Source of the DNA: Desulfobacterales bacterium
GTDB taxonomy: Bacteria; Desulfobacterota; Desulfobacteria; Desulfobacterales; SG8-13
Length of the DNA stretch: 64,000 nucleotides
Direction of reading: 5' to 3'
NCBI GenBank assembly: GCA_049281435.1
Contig: JBAPSB010000069.1
Span: 4,861-68,860 of the forward strand
Numbering within the stretch: position 1 is the stretch's first letter; each line of letters starts with the position of its first letter. Both the position numbers and the translations under genes were made by a program. Positions 9,341 through 20,687 of this stretch are shown in pieces. The notes below the pieces were generated by a model. The model was not told the DNA's origin and searched no databases. It saw only the letters and a program-made list of their open reading frames with translations.

Positions 9341-9600
9341 TGCCGGTTGTGCTAGGCGGGGAGTTAGCGGTGCCCTGTACCCGAAATCCGCTTATGCGGG
9401 GCTGAATTCCCACTCCAGGGTTTTGTTCCGAACAGGTGTCGGCCATCCGACCGGCCGCCGCGCAACAGGCGGTCACGAACCTCGTCAGGTCCGGAAGGAA
9501 GCAGCGATAAGTGATGCAGCCTGTGTCGTGGATCGATCCCGGTCATATCGATGGCCTTCCTTTTCAGGAAGAAATTCAAAAGTGGGTGCACAACCGCATC
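9341..9600 (+). ncRNA. ffs: Signal recognition particle RNA, long (Alu-domain-containing, Bacillus-type) form
   Basis: Domain IV hallmark GTCAGGTCCGGAAGGAAGCAGC at 9484-9505. The 5' segment GTGCTAGGCGGGGAG.TAGCGGTGCCCTGTACC…AATCCGC closely resembles the B. subtilis scRNA Alu domain as I recall it. 5' CGGTTGTGC (9343-9351) pairs with 3' GCACAACCG (9588-9596). Confidence 0.85.
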
Positions 9601-9659
9601 TCCCCTGCGAGTCCTCTCATCCGCTTATAATCACTTCCAAACCTTCTATATATCACACC

Positions 9660-9687
9660 TTGACAACCCACCATATGTCATTATTTT
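9660..9687 (+). promoter_or_regulatory. Candidate promoter upstream of grpE
   Basis: TTGACA (9660-9665), 16-nt spacer, TATTTT (9682-9687). No CIRCE inverted repeat seen. Confidence 0.3.
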
Positions 9688-9759
9688 CTGATCGTCATTG
9701 GGGCAGCCGGCCTGATTACAATCAAAACTATTTAAAATTGCAGGGGAAATTACCACCTG

Positions 9760-10404
9760 ATGCCTGAAGCAAAGAAGATAAAAATAGAAAAAGGCAACGA
9801 GTCCCGCGCCAAGGCGACCGGGGACGACGAGGATCCGTCGGCCGATGTCGATGAAAGCCCGGAATCGGAACACGAACCGGGTGGCAGCGACCGGGATTTC
9901 GATCCGCAATCGATAAAGGCGCTGGAAGAAAGACTCGCCGCTAAAACCAAGGAAGCCGAAGAAAATTACGATCGGCTGCTGAGGATGTCGGCCGAATTCG
10001 AGAATTACAAAAAAAGAACCACCCGCGAAACGGCGGAGTTCCAAAAGTACGCCAATCAGTCTCTGATCAGGGAATTGCTTCCCATCGTCGACAATCTCGA
10101 GCTGGCCATCAAATCGGCCGCCGACTCCCCCGACCCAACGGAGACTTCTCTGCTGGACGGGGTCGAGTTGACCCGTAGGGAAATCCTCAAAGTCTTCGAG
10201 AATTTCAAGGTAGAACCGATCGAGGCCCTCGGAAAACCCTTCGATCCGAATTTTCACGAAGCGGTGATGCGAGAGGAAAGCGCGGAACATCCGGAAAACA
10301 CGGTCGTCAATGAACTGCAGAAGGGCTACCTCATGCATCAGCGGTTGATCAGACCCGCCATGGTCGTTGTGGCAATGCCGAAAAACAGGGATGAACCATC
10401 CTGA
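9760..10404 (+). CDS. grpE: Nucleotide exchange factor GrpE
   Basis: 214 aa. Acidic N-terminus, AEFENYKKR motif, conserved C-terminal beta domain. Confidence 0.93.
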   Translation: MPEAKKIKIEKGNESRAKATGDDEDPSADVDESPESEHEPGGSDRDFDPQSIKALEERLAAKTKEAEENYDRLLRMSAEFENYKKRTTRETAEFQKYANQSLIRELLPIVDNLELAIKSAADSPDPTETSLLDGVELTRREILKVFENFKVEPIEALGKPFDPNFHEAVMREESAEHPENTVVNELQKGYLMHQRLIRPAMVVVAMPKNRDEPS

Positions 10405-10485
10405 ACAGGGGATCGGCGTTTCCCGATTCATTGAACAAGACAATAAAATTCAGCATATCGTTCAACGCTAAGGAGGAATTCGAAA

Positions 10486-12402
<1,917 letters not shown>

Positions 12403-12430
12403 CGAGAGCCCCCAAATCTCTTGGGAAAGA

Positions 12431-12467
12431 AGCCGTGCTGCGAACCATCGTAGCACGGCTTTTTTTT
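12431..12467 (+). terminator. Rho-independent terminator after dnaK
   Basis: AGCCGTGCT-12 nt-AGCACGGCT followed by TTTTTTT. Confidence 0.85.
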
Positions 12468-12552
12468 AGGCCTTGTTTCCAAAATGAGTCAGCGTGTCAA
12501 GACGCACTTTGGCATGCTGCCATGTAAAAACCAGCCACCATCGTCGGCGGCC

Positions 12553-14115
12553 TTATTGCGGCAGATGGCACTCGCCGATCTTGAGAAATGAGGCCACCTG
12601 CTCTTTTTCCCACTGCGTGTCTCGACCGAGTTCCCTGGCCATGACCGCGGCCACCCGCGGTGCCGCTTCCATGGCCGCGCGGGCATTCAACAGCAGACTG
12701 CGGGTGCGCCGGGAGAGGAAATCGTCGACGGTGCGCGCCGCTTCGAACCGCACGGCCCAGATGACCTCGCCGAGGCGCGCCGGCAAGTCCGGATGCAACC
12801 GTTCCTGGCGCGTCGGGTCCGAGCGGATGAGGTCCTGCATGGCCGGGGCATCGGAGCCGTAAAGCGCAAATTCTCCAAATTTTTGCGGGGTTTTGTGATA
12901 CCCGTGAATGTTGAGTTCCTTGGTGACGCACGGCTTCTGTTCGAGCCCGGCCAGAGTGATGGCATGATTGACGCAGACTTTCGCCATCTGGCGGTAGGTC
13001 GTCCATTTACCGCCGGCAATCGTGAGCAAACCGGAACTTGAAATGTGGATGGTGTGATCGCGCGCCAGGTTCGCGGTGGTCTTGTCGTCATCGGTTTTAA
13101 CGAGCGGACGGATGCCGGTGAACACGCTCAAAATGTCTGCCCGCGTTGGGGTTTTCTCCAGATAAGCCCCCGCCGTTTCGAGGATAAAGTCGATCTCCTC
13201 TTCTCTGGCAGTGGGTTCCAGGTCGACATCACTGATGGGCGTGTCAGTCGTGCCCACCAGCGTGACGCCCAGGTAAGGAATGGCGAACATCACCCGGCCG
13301 TCACGGGTGTGCGGTACCATGATGGCGGAGGACCCCGGCAAAAAAGATTTTTCGAAGACCAAGTGGACGCCCTGGCTGGGGGCGATCATCGGCAGGGCAT
13401 CCGGATCGTCCAGTCGCCGCACGGCGTCGGTAAACGGACCGGTGGCGTTGACGATGACCCTGGCCCGCACTTCGTGTTCGGTGCCCTTTTCACGATCCTC
13501 GAATATCACCCCGTTCAGATACCCGTCCGCGCTGCGGGTCATTTTGGTCACCTGGGCGTAGTTGAGCAGGGCGGCCCCCTGATGGGACGCGGTGCGAACG
13601 AGATTGATGAGCAGCCGGGCGTCGTCGAACTGCCCGTCGTAGTATATGATCCCGCCGCGCAGACCCTCGCGCTTGAGGGTCGGAATCCGGCCAAGGGTCT
13701 CGTCCTTGGAGAGAACTTTAGATGGGCCGAATCCGTAGCGGCCGGCCAGCAGGTCGTAGACCTTGAGCCCGATGCCGTAAAACGGCGCTTCCCACCAGTC
13801 GTAATTGGGAACGATAAAGGCCAGGTCGTGGACCAGATGGGGCGCGTTGTTACGCAGAATTCCGCGTTCCCGCAACGCCTCCATGACCAGCGAAATGTTG
13901 CCCTGCTGGAGATAGCGCACGCCGCCGTGAACCAGCTTGGTGCTGCGCGAAGACGTCCCCTTGCCGAAATCGCTCTGTTCGAGCAGCAAAACATCGCACC
14001 CCCGCGACGCGGCGTCTACCGCAATGCCGACACCGGTGGCGCCGCCGCCGATGATCAGCATGTCCCAGGGATCGCTGCGTTCCGCGATCCGGCTCGACAT
14101 TTCTTCACGGTACAT
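12553..14115 (-). CDS. glpD: FAD-dependent glycerol-3-phosphate dehydrogenase
   Basis: DMLIIGGGATGVGIAVDAASRG dinucleotide fold and GGKWTTYR motif. Start taken at MYREEM (14115), because upstream sequence belongs to the preceding gene. Confidence 0.88.
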   Translation of the reverse strand: MYREEMSSRIAERSDPWDMLIIGGGATGVGIAVDAASRGCDVLLLEQSDFGKGTSSRSTKLVHGGVRYLQQGNISLVMEALRERGILRNNAPHLVHDLAFIVPNYDWWEAPFYGIGLKVYDLLAGRYGFGPSKVLSKDETLGRIPTLKREGLRGGIIYYDGQFDDARLLINLVRTASHQGAALLNYAQVTKMTRSADGYLNGVIFEDREKGTEHEVRARVIVNATGPFTDAVRRLDDPDALPMIAPSQGVHLVFEKSFLPGSSAIMVPHTRDGRVMFAIPYLGVTLVGTTDTPISDVDLEPTAREEEIDFILETAGAYLEKTPTRADILSVFTGIRPLVKTDDDKTTANLARDHTIHISSSGLLTIAGGKWTTYRQMAKVCVNHAITLAGLEQKPCVTKELNIHGYHKTPQKFGEFALYGSDAPAMQDLIRSDPTRQERLHPDLPARLGEVIWAVRFEAARTVDDFLSRRTRSLLLNARAAMEAAPRVAAVMARELGRDTQWEKEQVASFLKIGECHLPQ

Positions 14116-14128
14116 CTTCGGGTCCCCC

Positions 14129-14917
14129 TTAGAATTGGTGAGATGCAGGGGCACGGCATGCCGTGCCCCTACTGATGGCCTGCAACAGCGGCGGGTCATC
14201 GCTGAACACCCCGTCGACCCCCATCTGCAGCAGGCGCAGGAAATCCGCCGGGCGGTTGACCGTGTACGGCAACACCTTGATGCCGGCTGCGTGCATGTCG
14301 CGCACCTTTTCGGCCGTAACGCTGCGATACTCCGGATGCCAGGAAAAGGCCCGCAGGCGTTTGCAGAGGCGCAGCGGGTCGGCCGCGGGATGCGCAGCGG
14401 TCAGCAGCCCAATCGCCGGGGCAGCGGGGTGCTCGGCGATTCGGTCGAGAAACCGCGCATCGAAGCTGGAAATCACCACGCGCGCGCCCATGTCCCTTTG
14501 CGCCACCGCCCGCAGAACCTGCTCTTCGATGGCATCCGCCGGACGGAAGGCCTCGAAGGCACTGGCCTTGATCTCGATGTTCACCATTCCGCGTGCGGCG
14601 CACAGGTCCAGCGCCTCTTCCAGGCTGGGCAGGCGTTCGCCGGCAAAGCGCGGGTCGAACCAGCTCCCGGCATCTAGCCTTTTCAGCTCTTCCAGCGTGA
14701 AATCAAGCACTTGGCCGCGGCCGTTGGTGGTCCGCTCCAGGGTATCGTCGTGGAGCACGACAACCAGGCGGTCCCTGGTCAGGGTCACATCCAGTTCCAC
14801 CATGGGCGCACCGCTGTCGAAAGCCGCCGCAAAGGCGGCCAGGGTGTTTTCGGGAAATCGCTGCCGGTACCCGCGGTGCGCGATGATCACCGGCGGCACC
14901 AGCCGCAGGCACTGCAT
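14129..14917 (-). CDS. Glycerophosphodiester phosphodiesterase (GDPD family)
   Basis: IAHRGY…ENT, E.D. and GVDGVFSDDP motifs. The last ~14 codons run through the 24-bp palindrome. Confidence 0.85.
   Translation of the reverse strand: MQCLRLVPPVIIAHRGYRQRFPENTLAAFAAAFDSGAPMVELDVTLTRDRLVVVLHDDTLERTTNGRGQVLDFTLEELKRLDAGSWFDPRFAGERLPSLEEALDLCAARGMVNIEIKASAFEAFRPADAIEEQVLRAVAQRDMGARVVISSFDARFLDRIAEHPAAPAIGLLTAAHPAADPLRLCKRLRAFSWHPEYRSVTAEKVRDMHAAGIKVLPYTVNRPADFLRLLQMGVDGVFSDDPPLLQAISRGTACRAPASHQF
14147..14170. repeat. 24-bp perfect palindrome AGGGGCACGGCATGCCGTGCCCCT, copy 1
   Basis: Exact second copy at 47478-47501. Confidence 0.9.
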
Positions 14918-14918
14918 G

Positions 14919-15521
14919 TCAGTTCCCCCGCCCGTCCGGAACGACAAAGGGCCGGATATCGGTCGCCACCATGCCGGCCTTGCGGGCCGCCTCCAGACCG
15001 GCATCACCGTCTTCGAAAACCTGGCAGTGTGAGGGATCGACTTGCATGCGCCGGGCAGCTTCGAGAAAGATGCCCGGGTCCGGCTTGGGGGTTACCGGGT
15101 CATCGGCGGTGATGACGGCCTCGAAAAAATTCGCCAGCCCCAGAACCTCCAATGTCAGAATCACGTTTTCCCGGGTACCGCCGGAAGCCACCGCCATCGG
15201 CAGGATCCCGTGGTAGCGCCGGACGATGTCGACCACCGGGGCGATCGGAACGGCCTCTGAAAGTCGGGCGCGGGCCCGGCGATTTTTTTCGGCGGCAAAG
15301 GCCGCGGCATCGATGTGATGATGGTAGCGCCGGTTGAAGACCTCGACGATTTTTTCGGCCGGCATCCCCGTCACGTCGTGAATGAAGCCCGCGGGGCACG
15401 AAATCCCGCGTTCGGCAAACGCATCGCACCACGCCGCTATGTGAATCGGCATCGTATCGGCCAGCGTACCGTCACAGTCGAAGATCAGCCCCTGTATGCC
15501 GGCGGCGACAGTAATCTCCAT
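14919..15521 (-). CDS. HAD-superfamily hydrolase (beta-phosphoglucomutase-like subfamily IA)
   Basis: LIFDCDGTLADT motif I, SGG, and DGDAG motif IV-like. Confidence 0.8.
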   Translation of the reverse strand: MEITVAAGIQGLIFDCDGTLADTMPIHIAAWCDAFAERGISCPAGFIHDVTGMPAEKIVEVFNRRYHHHIDAAAFAAEKNRRARARLSEAVPIAPVVDIVRRYHGILPMAVASGGTRENVILTLEVLGLANFFEAVITADDPVTPKPDPGIFLEAARRMQVDPSHCQVFEDGDAGLEAARKAGMVATDIRPFVVPDGRGN

Positions 15522-15547
15522 GAGCGAAAAGTCCCCTTCTCTATATC

Positions 15548-15582
15548 AGTGTCCATCCGCGCTTTCATTTTTGACACGGCTC
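15548..15582 (-). repeat. 35-bp mini derivative of the family-1 element (GAGCCGTGTCAAAAATGAAA.C.CGGATGGACACT), copy A
   Basis: Matches 32698-32732 at 33 of 35 positions by my manual alignment. It shares the GGATGGACAC terminus with the family-1 TIR. Confidence 0.75.
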
Positions 15583-15776
15583 GGAGTCGACAGTCAAACC
15601 CCCCGTACCATAGTCTCTTGGTTCAAAAAACCGGTGTTGTCAATTGCCGAATATAATTTCGGCCCCGCCGGAAGCCCCTTAAAAAAAGGTGTTGCGTCTG
15701 CGTACGCTTGACATGGTGCCGGTTTCCCATTAGCCTTTTTGACACCAGGATGGCTTTTCCCCCAACGGGACGACTT

Positions 15777-16394
15777 ATGGCCGGCCCTTATCAAAAGATT
15801 ATCGAGGAAAACCTGCACCGTCTTTTCCAATCGCCGGTAGAACAGTCCGCCCGGGCGCTACCCGCCCGGATAGACGGCGATTGTCTTGTCTTCGAAGCCT
15901 TTGGCGAGCCCTGCCGAATCGCTCCGCACGGGGTGTTTCTGGACGACCGCCGTGAAACCGGGGTCCCGGGCGTTCTCATCTCCCTTTACGCCTGCCATGC
16001 GAATTCGTCGCCGCCGGTGCTCTCGCCGCTCAAGTCGTTTAAAGAGATGCCGAACAGCATGCCCTATGCCGGCGCGTTCACCACCCACGTCGAAAGCCTG
16101 CTGATACCGCATGTGGCCGCCATCGAAACCGCCCAACTGCTGATCGCACCGGCCTTAGGCGGCGAGCCGTCGCCGCGCCAAGCGGGGGGAGACTTCGGCT
16201 TCCTCGTGCGCCCCCTGCCCAAGATTTCGCTGGTCTACATCTTCTACCGCGCAGACGATGATTTCCCCGCCTCCGTCACCTGCCTTTTTTCGAACAATGC
16301 CGCCGATTTCATGCCCACCGACGGCCTGGCGGATGTCGGCGAGTATACCTCCAAAAAAATCCTGGCCCTGCTCGGACACCCGGCACCCCTCTGA
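15777..16394 (+). CDS. Conserved hypothetical protein (possibly DUF3786-like)
   Basis: 205-aa ORF with coding-like composition. The DUF3786 resemblance is from memory only. The start (15708, 15750 or 15777) is uncertain. Confidence 0.45.
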   Translation: MAGPYQKIIEENLHRLFQSPVEQSARALPARIDGDCLVFEAFGEPCRIAPHGVFLDDRRETGVPGVLISLYACHANSSPPVLSPLKSFKEMPNSMPYAGAFTTHVESLLIPHVAAIETAQLLIAPALGGEPSPRQAGGDFGFLVRPLPKISLVYIFYRADDDFPASVTCLFSNNAADFMPTDGLADVGEYTSKKILALLGHPAPL

Positions 16395-16494
16395 CCCCCG
16401 GCCAGCCGCCGGGGCACTTAATACCGAGCCGACCATCAGCTGCAACAAGCCGTCAGGCACGCCACTGCCCTCTTTTGCCGCGCGCACGGGCGTG

Positions 16495-16523
16495 TTGACA
16501 AATAGCGGGCAATTTTTTATACA
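16495..16523 (+). promoter_or_regulatory. Candidate sigma70 promoter for the ABC-2 operon
   Basis: TTGACA, 17-nt spacer, TATACA. About 50 nt upstream of the ATPase gene. Confidence 0.5.
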
Positions 16524-16576
16524 TACTGTTTCGTAAAATGGCCGCATTTCCTATCTGAATAATAAAGGAGCCTGCG

Positions 16577-17512
16577 ATGATCCATGTCGAAAATCTGACG
16601 AAAACCTATGGCGGCATCACCGCTGTGGATCAGATCACCCTCGACATTCAAAAAGGGGAAATTCTAGGTCTGCTCGGACCCAACGGTGCCGGTAAGACGA
16701 CCACCCTCAGGATGCTGACCGGCTTCCTGCAGCCCAGTGCCGGCACGATCCGGGTCAAGGAACTCGATATCGAGCGCCATCCCATCGAAATCAAGAAGCT
16801 CATGGGCTACCTGCCCGAATCGGCACCGCTCTATCACGACATGCTGGTCTTCGACTATCTGAACTACATCGCCGATATTCGTGAAACCCCGCCGGACAAC
16901 AAGCTGGCACGGCTGCGTGAACTCGCCGAGCTGTGCGGCTTGAACCCGGTGATGCACCAGCCGATCGCGGAGCTTTCCAAGGGCTTCAGGCAGCGCGTGG
17001 GCCTGGCGCACGCCATGCTGAGCGATCCGGAAATCCTCATCCTGGACGAGCCGACCTCCGGGCTTGACCCCAACCAGATCGTCGAAATCCGGCACATCAT
17101 CAAGCGCATCGGCAAGCAGAAAACGGTCGTCCTGTCGACCCACATCCTGAGTGAAGCCGAAGCCACCTGCGACCGGGTCGTGATCATCAGCCGCGGCAAA
17201 ATCGTGGCCGACGGCGACATCGACAAATTGAAGCAATCGGCGGGCCGCACCAGCCTGATCCACCTCACCCTGAAGAATGCGGACGACGATGCCGTGCGTC
17301 AGAGACTCTCCGCCATCGACGGCGTGCCGGGCACGGTCAAAATCGATTCCGTCGACGGCCTCTCGAAGGTCACCCTCACCGTGGCGTCCGCCCGTGACCT
17401 GCGGGCCGAAATCTACCGCACCGTCAAGCACACCGACTGGGAACTGCTGGAGTTTTACCAGGAATCCCGGACCCTTGAAACCGTGTTCCGTGAATTGACC
17501 AAGGAGAACTGA
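16577..17512 (+). CDS. ABC transporter ATP-binding protein (ABC-2 / GldA-like)
   Basis: Walker A GPNGAGKTT, signature LSKGFRQR, Walker B ILILDEP. Confidence 0.93.
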   Translation: MIHVENLTKTYGGITAVDQITLDIQKGEILGLLGPNGAGKTTTLRMLTGFLQPSAGTIRVKELDIERHPIEIKKLMGYLPESAPLYHDMLVFDYLNYIADIRETPPDNKLARLRELAELCGLNPVMHQPIAELSKGFRQRVGLAHAMLSDPEILILDEPTSGLDPNQIVEIRHIIKRIGKQKTVVLSTHILSEAEATCDRVVIISRGKIVADGDIDKLKQSAGRTSLIHLTLKNADDDAVRQRLSAIDGVPGTVKIDSVDGLSKVTLTVASARDLRAEIYRTVKHTDWELLEFYQESRTLETVFRELTKEN

Positions 17513-17513
17513 C

Positions 17514-18218
17514 ATGCGAGCGGCCGTTCCTATTTTCAAGAGAGAATTCGGCACCTATTTCGTCTCACCGATCGCCTATATCGTCATCGCCATCTTTCTG
17601 CTGGTAACCGGCTGGTTTTTTTTCACCACCTTTTTCCTGCTGGAGCAGGCCAGCCTCAGAAATTTTTTCTCCATGCTGCCGATCATCATGGCCTTTGTCG
17701 TGCCCGCCGTCACGATGCGGCTCTTTGCCGAGGAGCGCAACGTCGGGACCTATGAAACCCTGCTGACGCTGCCGGTCAGCTTCAAGGAGGTTATCGTCGG
17801 CAAGTTCGCCGCCGCGCTGGCATTTATCGTCGCCATGCTGGTCCCGACCATCGGCTATGTGGCGACGGTGTACTTTCTGGGCCGGCTCGACTGGGGCCCG
17901 GTCATCGGGGGGTACATAGGCGCCGTGCTGCTGGGGGCCGCCTTTTCGGCCATCGGACTCTTCGCGTCCGCGCTGACCCGCAACCAGATCATCGCGTTTA
18001 TCATCGGCATGGCCATCTGCTTTACGCTGACCCTGATCGAACGGATGCTCTTTTTTCTACCGCGGGGCATCCTGGGGGCGGTGGCGTATCTGGGCGTCGA
18101 CCAGCATTTTCAAAATATCTCCCGCGGGATCGTCGACACGCGCGATGTCATCTATTTTCTAAGCATCTGCTTTATCGGTTTATACGCCGCACACCTGGCG
18201 CTGGAAGATAAAAATTAA
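17514..18218 (+). CDS. ABC-2 type permease (GldF-like)
   Basis: 234 aa with about 6 hydrophobic segments. Start is 1 nt after the ATPase stop. Confidence 0.85.
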   Translation: MRAAVPIFKREFGTYFVSPIAYIVIAIFLLVTGWFFFTTFFLLEQASLRNFFSMLPIIMAFVVPAVTMRLFAEERNVGTYETLLTLPVSFKEVIVGKFAAALAFIVAMLVPTIGYVATVYFLGRLDWGPVIGGYIGAVLLGAAFSAIGLFASALTRNQIIAFIIGMAICFTLTLIERMLFFLPRGILGAVAYLGVDQHFQNISRGIVDTRDVIYFLSICFIGLYAAHLALEDKN

Positions 18219-18232
18219 GGAGATCGTGTATC

Positions 18233-20491
18233 GTGGGAAAGGTAAAAAGCGGAAAGTACGTCAAATTTTTCATATACCTGGTGGTGGTGGTGCTGGTGAA
18301 CCTGGCCGGCATCACGCTCTTCAAGCGCTTCGATCTGACGGCCTCCGGGGCCTTTTCGCTCTCCGCAGCCAGCCGCCGCGCGGTTGCCACGCTCTCCGAG
18401 CCCTTGACCATCAATGTCTTTTTCACCAGAAACCTGCCGGCCCCCTACAACAGCATCGAACGCTACCTGCGCGACCTGCTCGAGGAATACGCCATCCACG
18501 CCGGCCGCTATTTCAACTATCGCTTCTACGATGTGAGCCCGGAAGAAAACGATTCGCCGACCACCGGCGGTTCCAACCGCGACATGGCCGACAATTTCGG
18601 CATCAGCCCGATCCAGATCCAGGTCATCGAAAAAGACGAGGTCAAGTTCCAGAAGGCCTACATGGGCCTGGTGATTTTACACGGCGACCTGATCGAGCGC
18701 ATCCCGACCATCACTTCGATCGACAATCTGGAATACCAGCTGACGAGCGCCATCATGAAGCTGAACAACAAGGTCAGCGCGCTGCTGCGGCTGGAGGGCA
18801 AGATCCGGATCACCTTGTTTCAATCCTCTTCCCTGAACACGGTGGCCCCGATGATCGGGCTCGATGGCCTGCCCGATCTGCCGGGGCGCGTTGCCGCCAT
18901 GGTCGACAAGCTCAACCCGGGTTTTCTCAACAAGCTCGAGTATACCCGCATCGACCCCACCAGCACCCCCGAGGCGGCCCGGGAACTGCAATCCAGGAAG
19001 ATCAATCTGCTCAGCCTGAAATGGCCCGACCTGCCGCGCGAGAACCTCAGCGCCGGCGAGGGCATCGTCGGCCTGGTTCTGGAGCACGGCGGCAAAACCG
19101 CCGCGGTGCAACTGGTCAATGTGATGCGGATTCCAATCATCGGGACCCGCTACGAAATGGTTCCCGCGGACACGCTTGAAAACCTGATCCGCGAAAACAT
19201 CGAGTCCCTGATCGATATCAACGAAAAGATCGGCTACCTGACAGACAAGGGCACCCTGCCGCTCATGCCCCAGCCGCGGATGAACCCGGCCGAGCCGCCG
19301 GATGCGGAAGCGCTGAACAATTTCCGGACGATCGTGTCCCGGAACTACACCATTGAAGATGTCACCCTAAAGGACGGCAAGATCCCCGCCAGCCTTGGTT
19401 TTCTGATGATCGTCAGGCCTACGGAAAATTTCAGCGACGAGGAACTCTTTCAGATCGACCAGTATCTGATGCAGGGAAAAAATATACTGATCATACCGGA
19501 CAGCTTCAATGAGGTCGCCCCGCCGCCGCAGATGCCCCGCGGCATGAACCCGGGTCCCCGCTACGAACCGCTCCAGACGGGCCTGGAAAAACTGCTCGAT
19601 CACTATGGCGTGCGCGCCAAGCCGTCCTACGTGATGGACCTCAACAGCTTCAAACAGGAACTGCCGCAATCCATGGGCGGCGGCGAGCGAGCGATCTTCT
19701 TCGCGCCGCTGATCGAAAACCGGAACATCAATCACGACCTGGATTTCATGCAGAACATCACCCGCCTGGTGGCGGTCCGCATCTCGCCGCTGGAGGTGAT
19801 CGAGGACCGCCTCAAGGCGGGCGACATCAAGGCCCGGCGTGTGTTTTCTTCCTCGGAAAAGTCCTGGCAGATGCGGGCGCCCATCAACCTTACCCCCGAG
19901 TCGATCCGCCCGCCGCAAAGCGAGCAGGAATTTCAGAGCTACCCATTGGCCTATTGGCTGGAAGGTAGCTTCAGCAGTTACTTTGCCGGTCGGCCGCTGC
20001 CCGAAAAAAAACCGGCCGTCGCCGATGAGGACGCCCCGGACGGTGCGGCCGCCGACACTCAATCCGGGCCGGAACCGGCCGGCAAACCGGCAGATGAGAC
20101 CGCTGCCGCAGCGTCTGAAAAGCCCGAAAGCGTGCCGGTGCCGGTCGAGAGCGAAGGGGCGTTTACCCCGCGCGGCCGGCCCGGGCGCATTTTCATAATG
20201 GCCTCCTCGGAGATGCTGACCGACAATGTCATCGACGCCCAGGGCCGGGGGGCCAACGCGGTCTTTATCCTGAATGTCATCGATGCCCTGAACGACCGCG
20301 CGGACATGGCGATCCTGCGCGCCAAGAGGCAGGATTTCAACCCGTTGCCCCCCATTGGCGCCGGTACCAAGACCGCCATCAAAGCCTTCAACATCGCCGG
20401 GCTGCCGATCCTGGTGGTTCTTTTCGGCATCGCGGTCTGGTTTCGAAGGCTCTCCCGCAAAAGACGTATCCAGGAAATGTTTCAGGGATAA
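18233..20491 (+). CDS. GldG-like ABC transport auxiliary component
   Basis: 752 aa with N- and C-terminal TM anchors flanking a large soluble region. Gene order is ATPase, permease, GldG-like. GTG start with an AAGGAG RBS. Confidence 0.75.
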   Translation: MGKVKSGKYVKFFIYLVVVVLVNLAGITLFKRFDLTASGAFSLSAASRRAVATLSEPLTINVFFTRNLPAPYNSIERYLRDLLEEYAIHAGRYFNYRFYDVSPEENDSPTTGGSNRDMADNFGISPIQIQVIEKDEVKFQKAYMGLVILHGDLIERIPTITSIDNLEYQLTSAIMKLNNKVSALLRLEGKIRITLFQSSSLNTVAPMIGLDGLPDLPGRVAAMVDKLNPGFLNKLEYTRIDPTSTPEAARELQSRKINLLSLKWPDLPRENLSAGEGIVGLVLEHGGKTAAVQLVNVMRIPIIGTRYEMVPADTLENLIRENIESLIDINEKIGYLTDKGTLPLMPQPRMNPAEPPDAEALNNFRTIVSRNYTIEDVTLKDGKIPASLGFLMIVRPTENFSDEELFQIDQYLMQGKNILIIPDSFNEVAPPPQMPRGMNPGPRYEPLQTGLEKLLDHYGVRAKPSYVMDLNSFKQELPQSMGGGERAIFFAPLIENRNINHDLDFMQNITRLVAVRISPLEVIEDRLKAGDIKARRVFSSSEKSWQMRAPINLTPESIRPPQSEQEFQSYPLAYWLEGSFSSYFAGRPLPEKKPAVADEDAPDGAAADTQSGPEPAGKPADETAAAASEKPESVPVPVESEGAFTPRGRPGRIFIMASSEMLTDNVIDAQGRGANAVFILNVIDALNDRADMAILRAKRQDFNPLPPIGAGTKTAIKAFNIAGLPILVVLFGIAVWFRRLSRKRRIQEMFQG

Positions 20492-20687
20492 GGGGTCACG
20501 AGAAAATAAGTTTACGATTTCAGTCGGTTAGATAACCGGCGGGCAAGACACGAAAACGCAGGAATATCTTGCATACTTAAGAGTTTTCGCACCAGCACCC
20601 AGAAATGTGACGTTATTTTTGAGTGGGCCTTGAGGGCTGCCGACGAAAAAGCCGGTAATTTCAGGCGATCTTCATGAGAGGAAGACG

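Noticed and set aside
9600-9760. CIRCE (TTAGCACTC-N9-GAGTGCTAA) operator upstream of grpE-dnaK
   Set aside because: No match was found by eye upstream of grpE or in the grpE-dnaK spacer, and hrcA is also absent from the locus.
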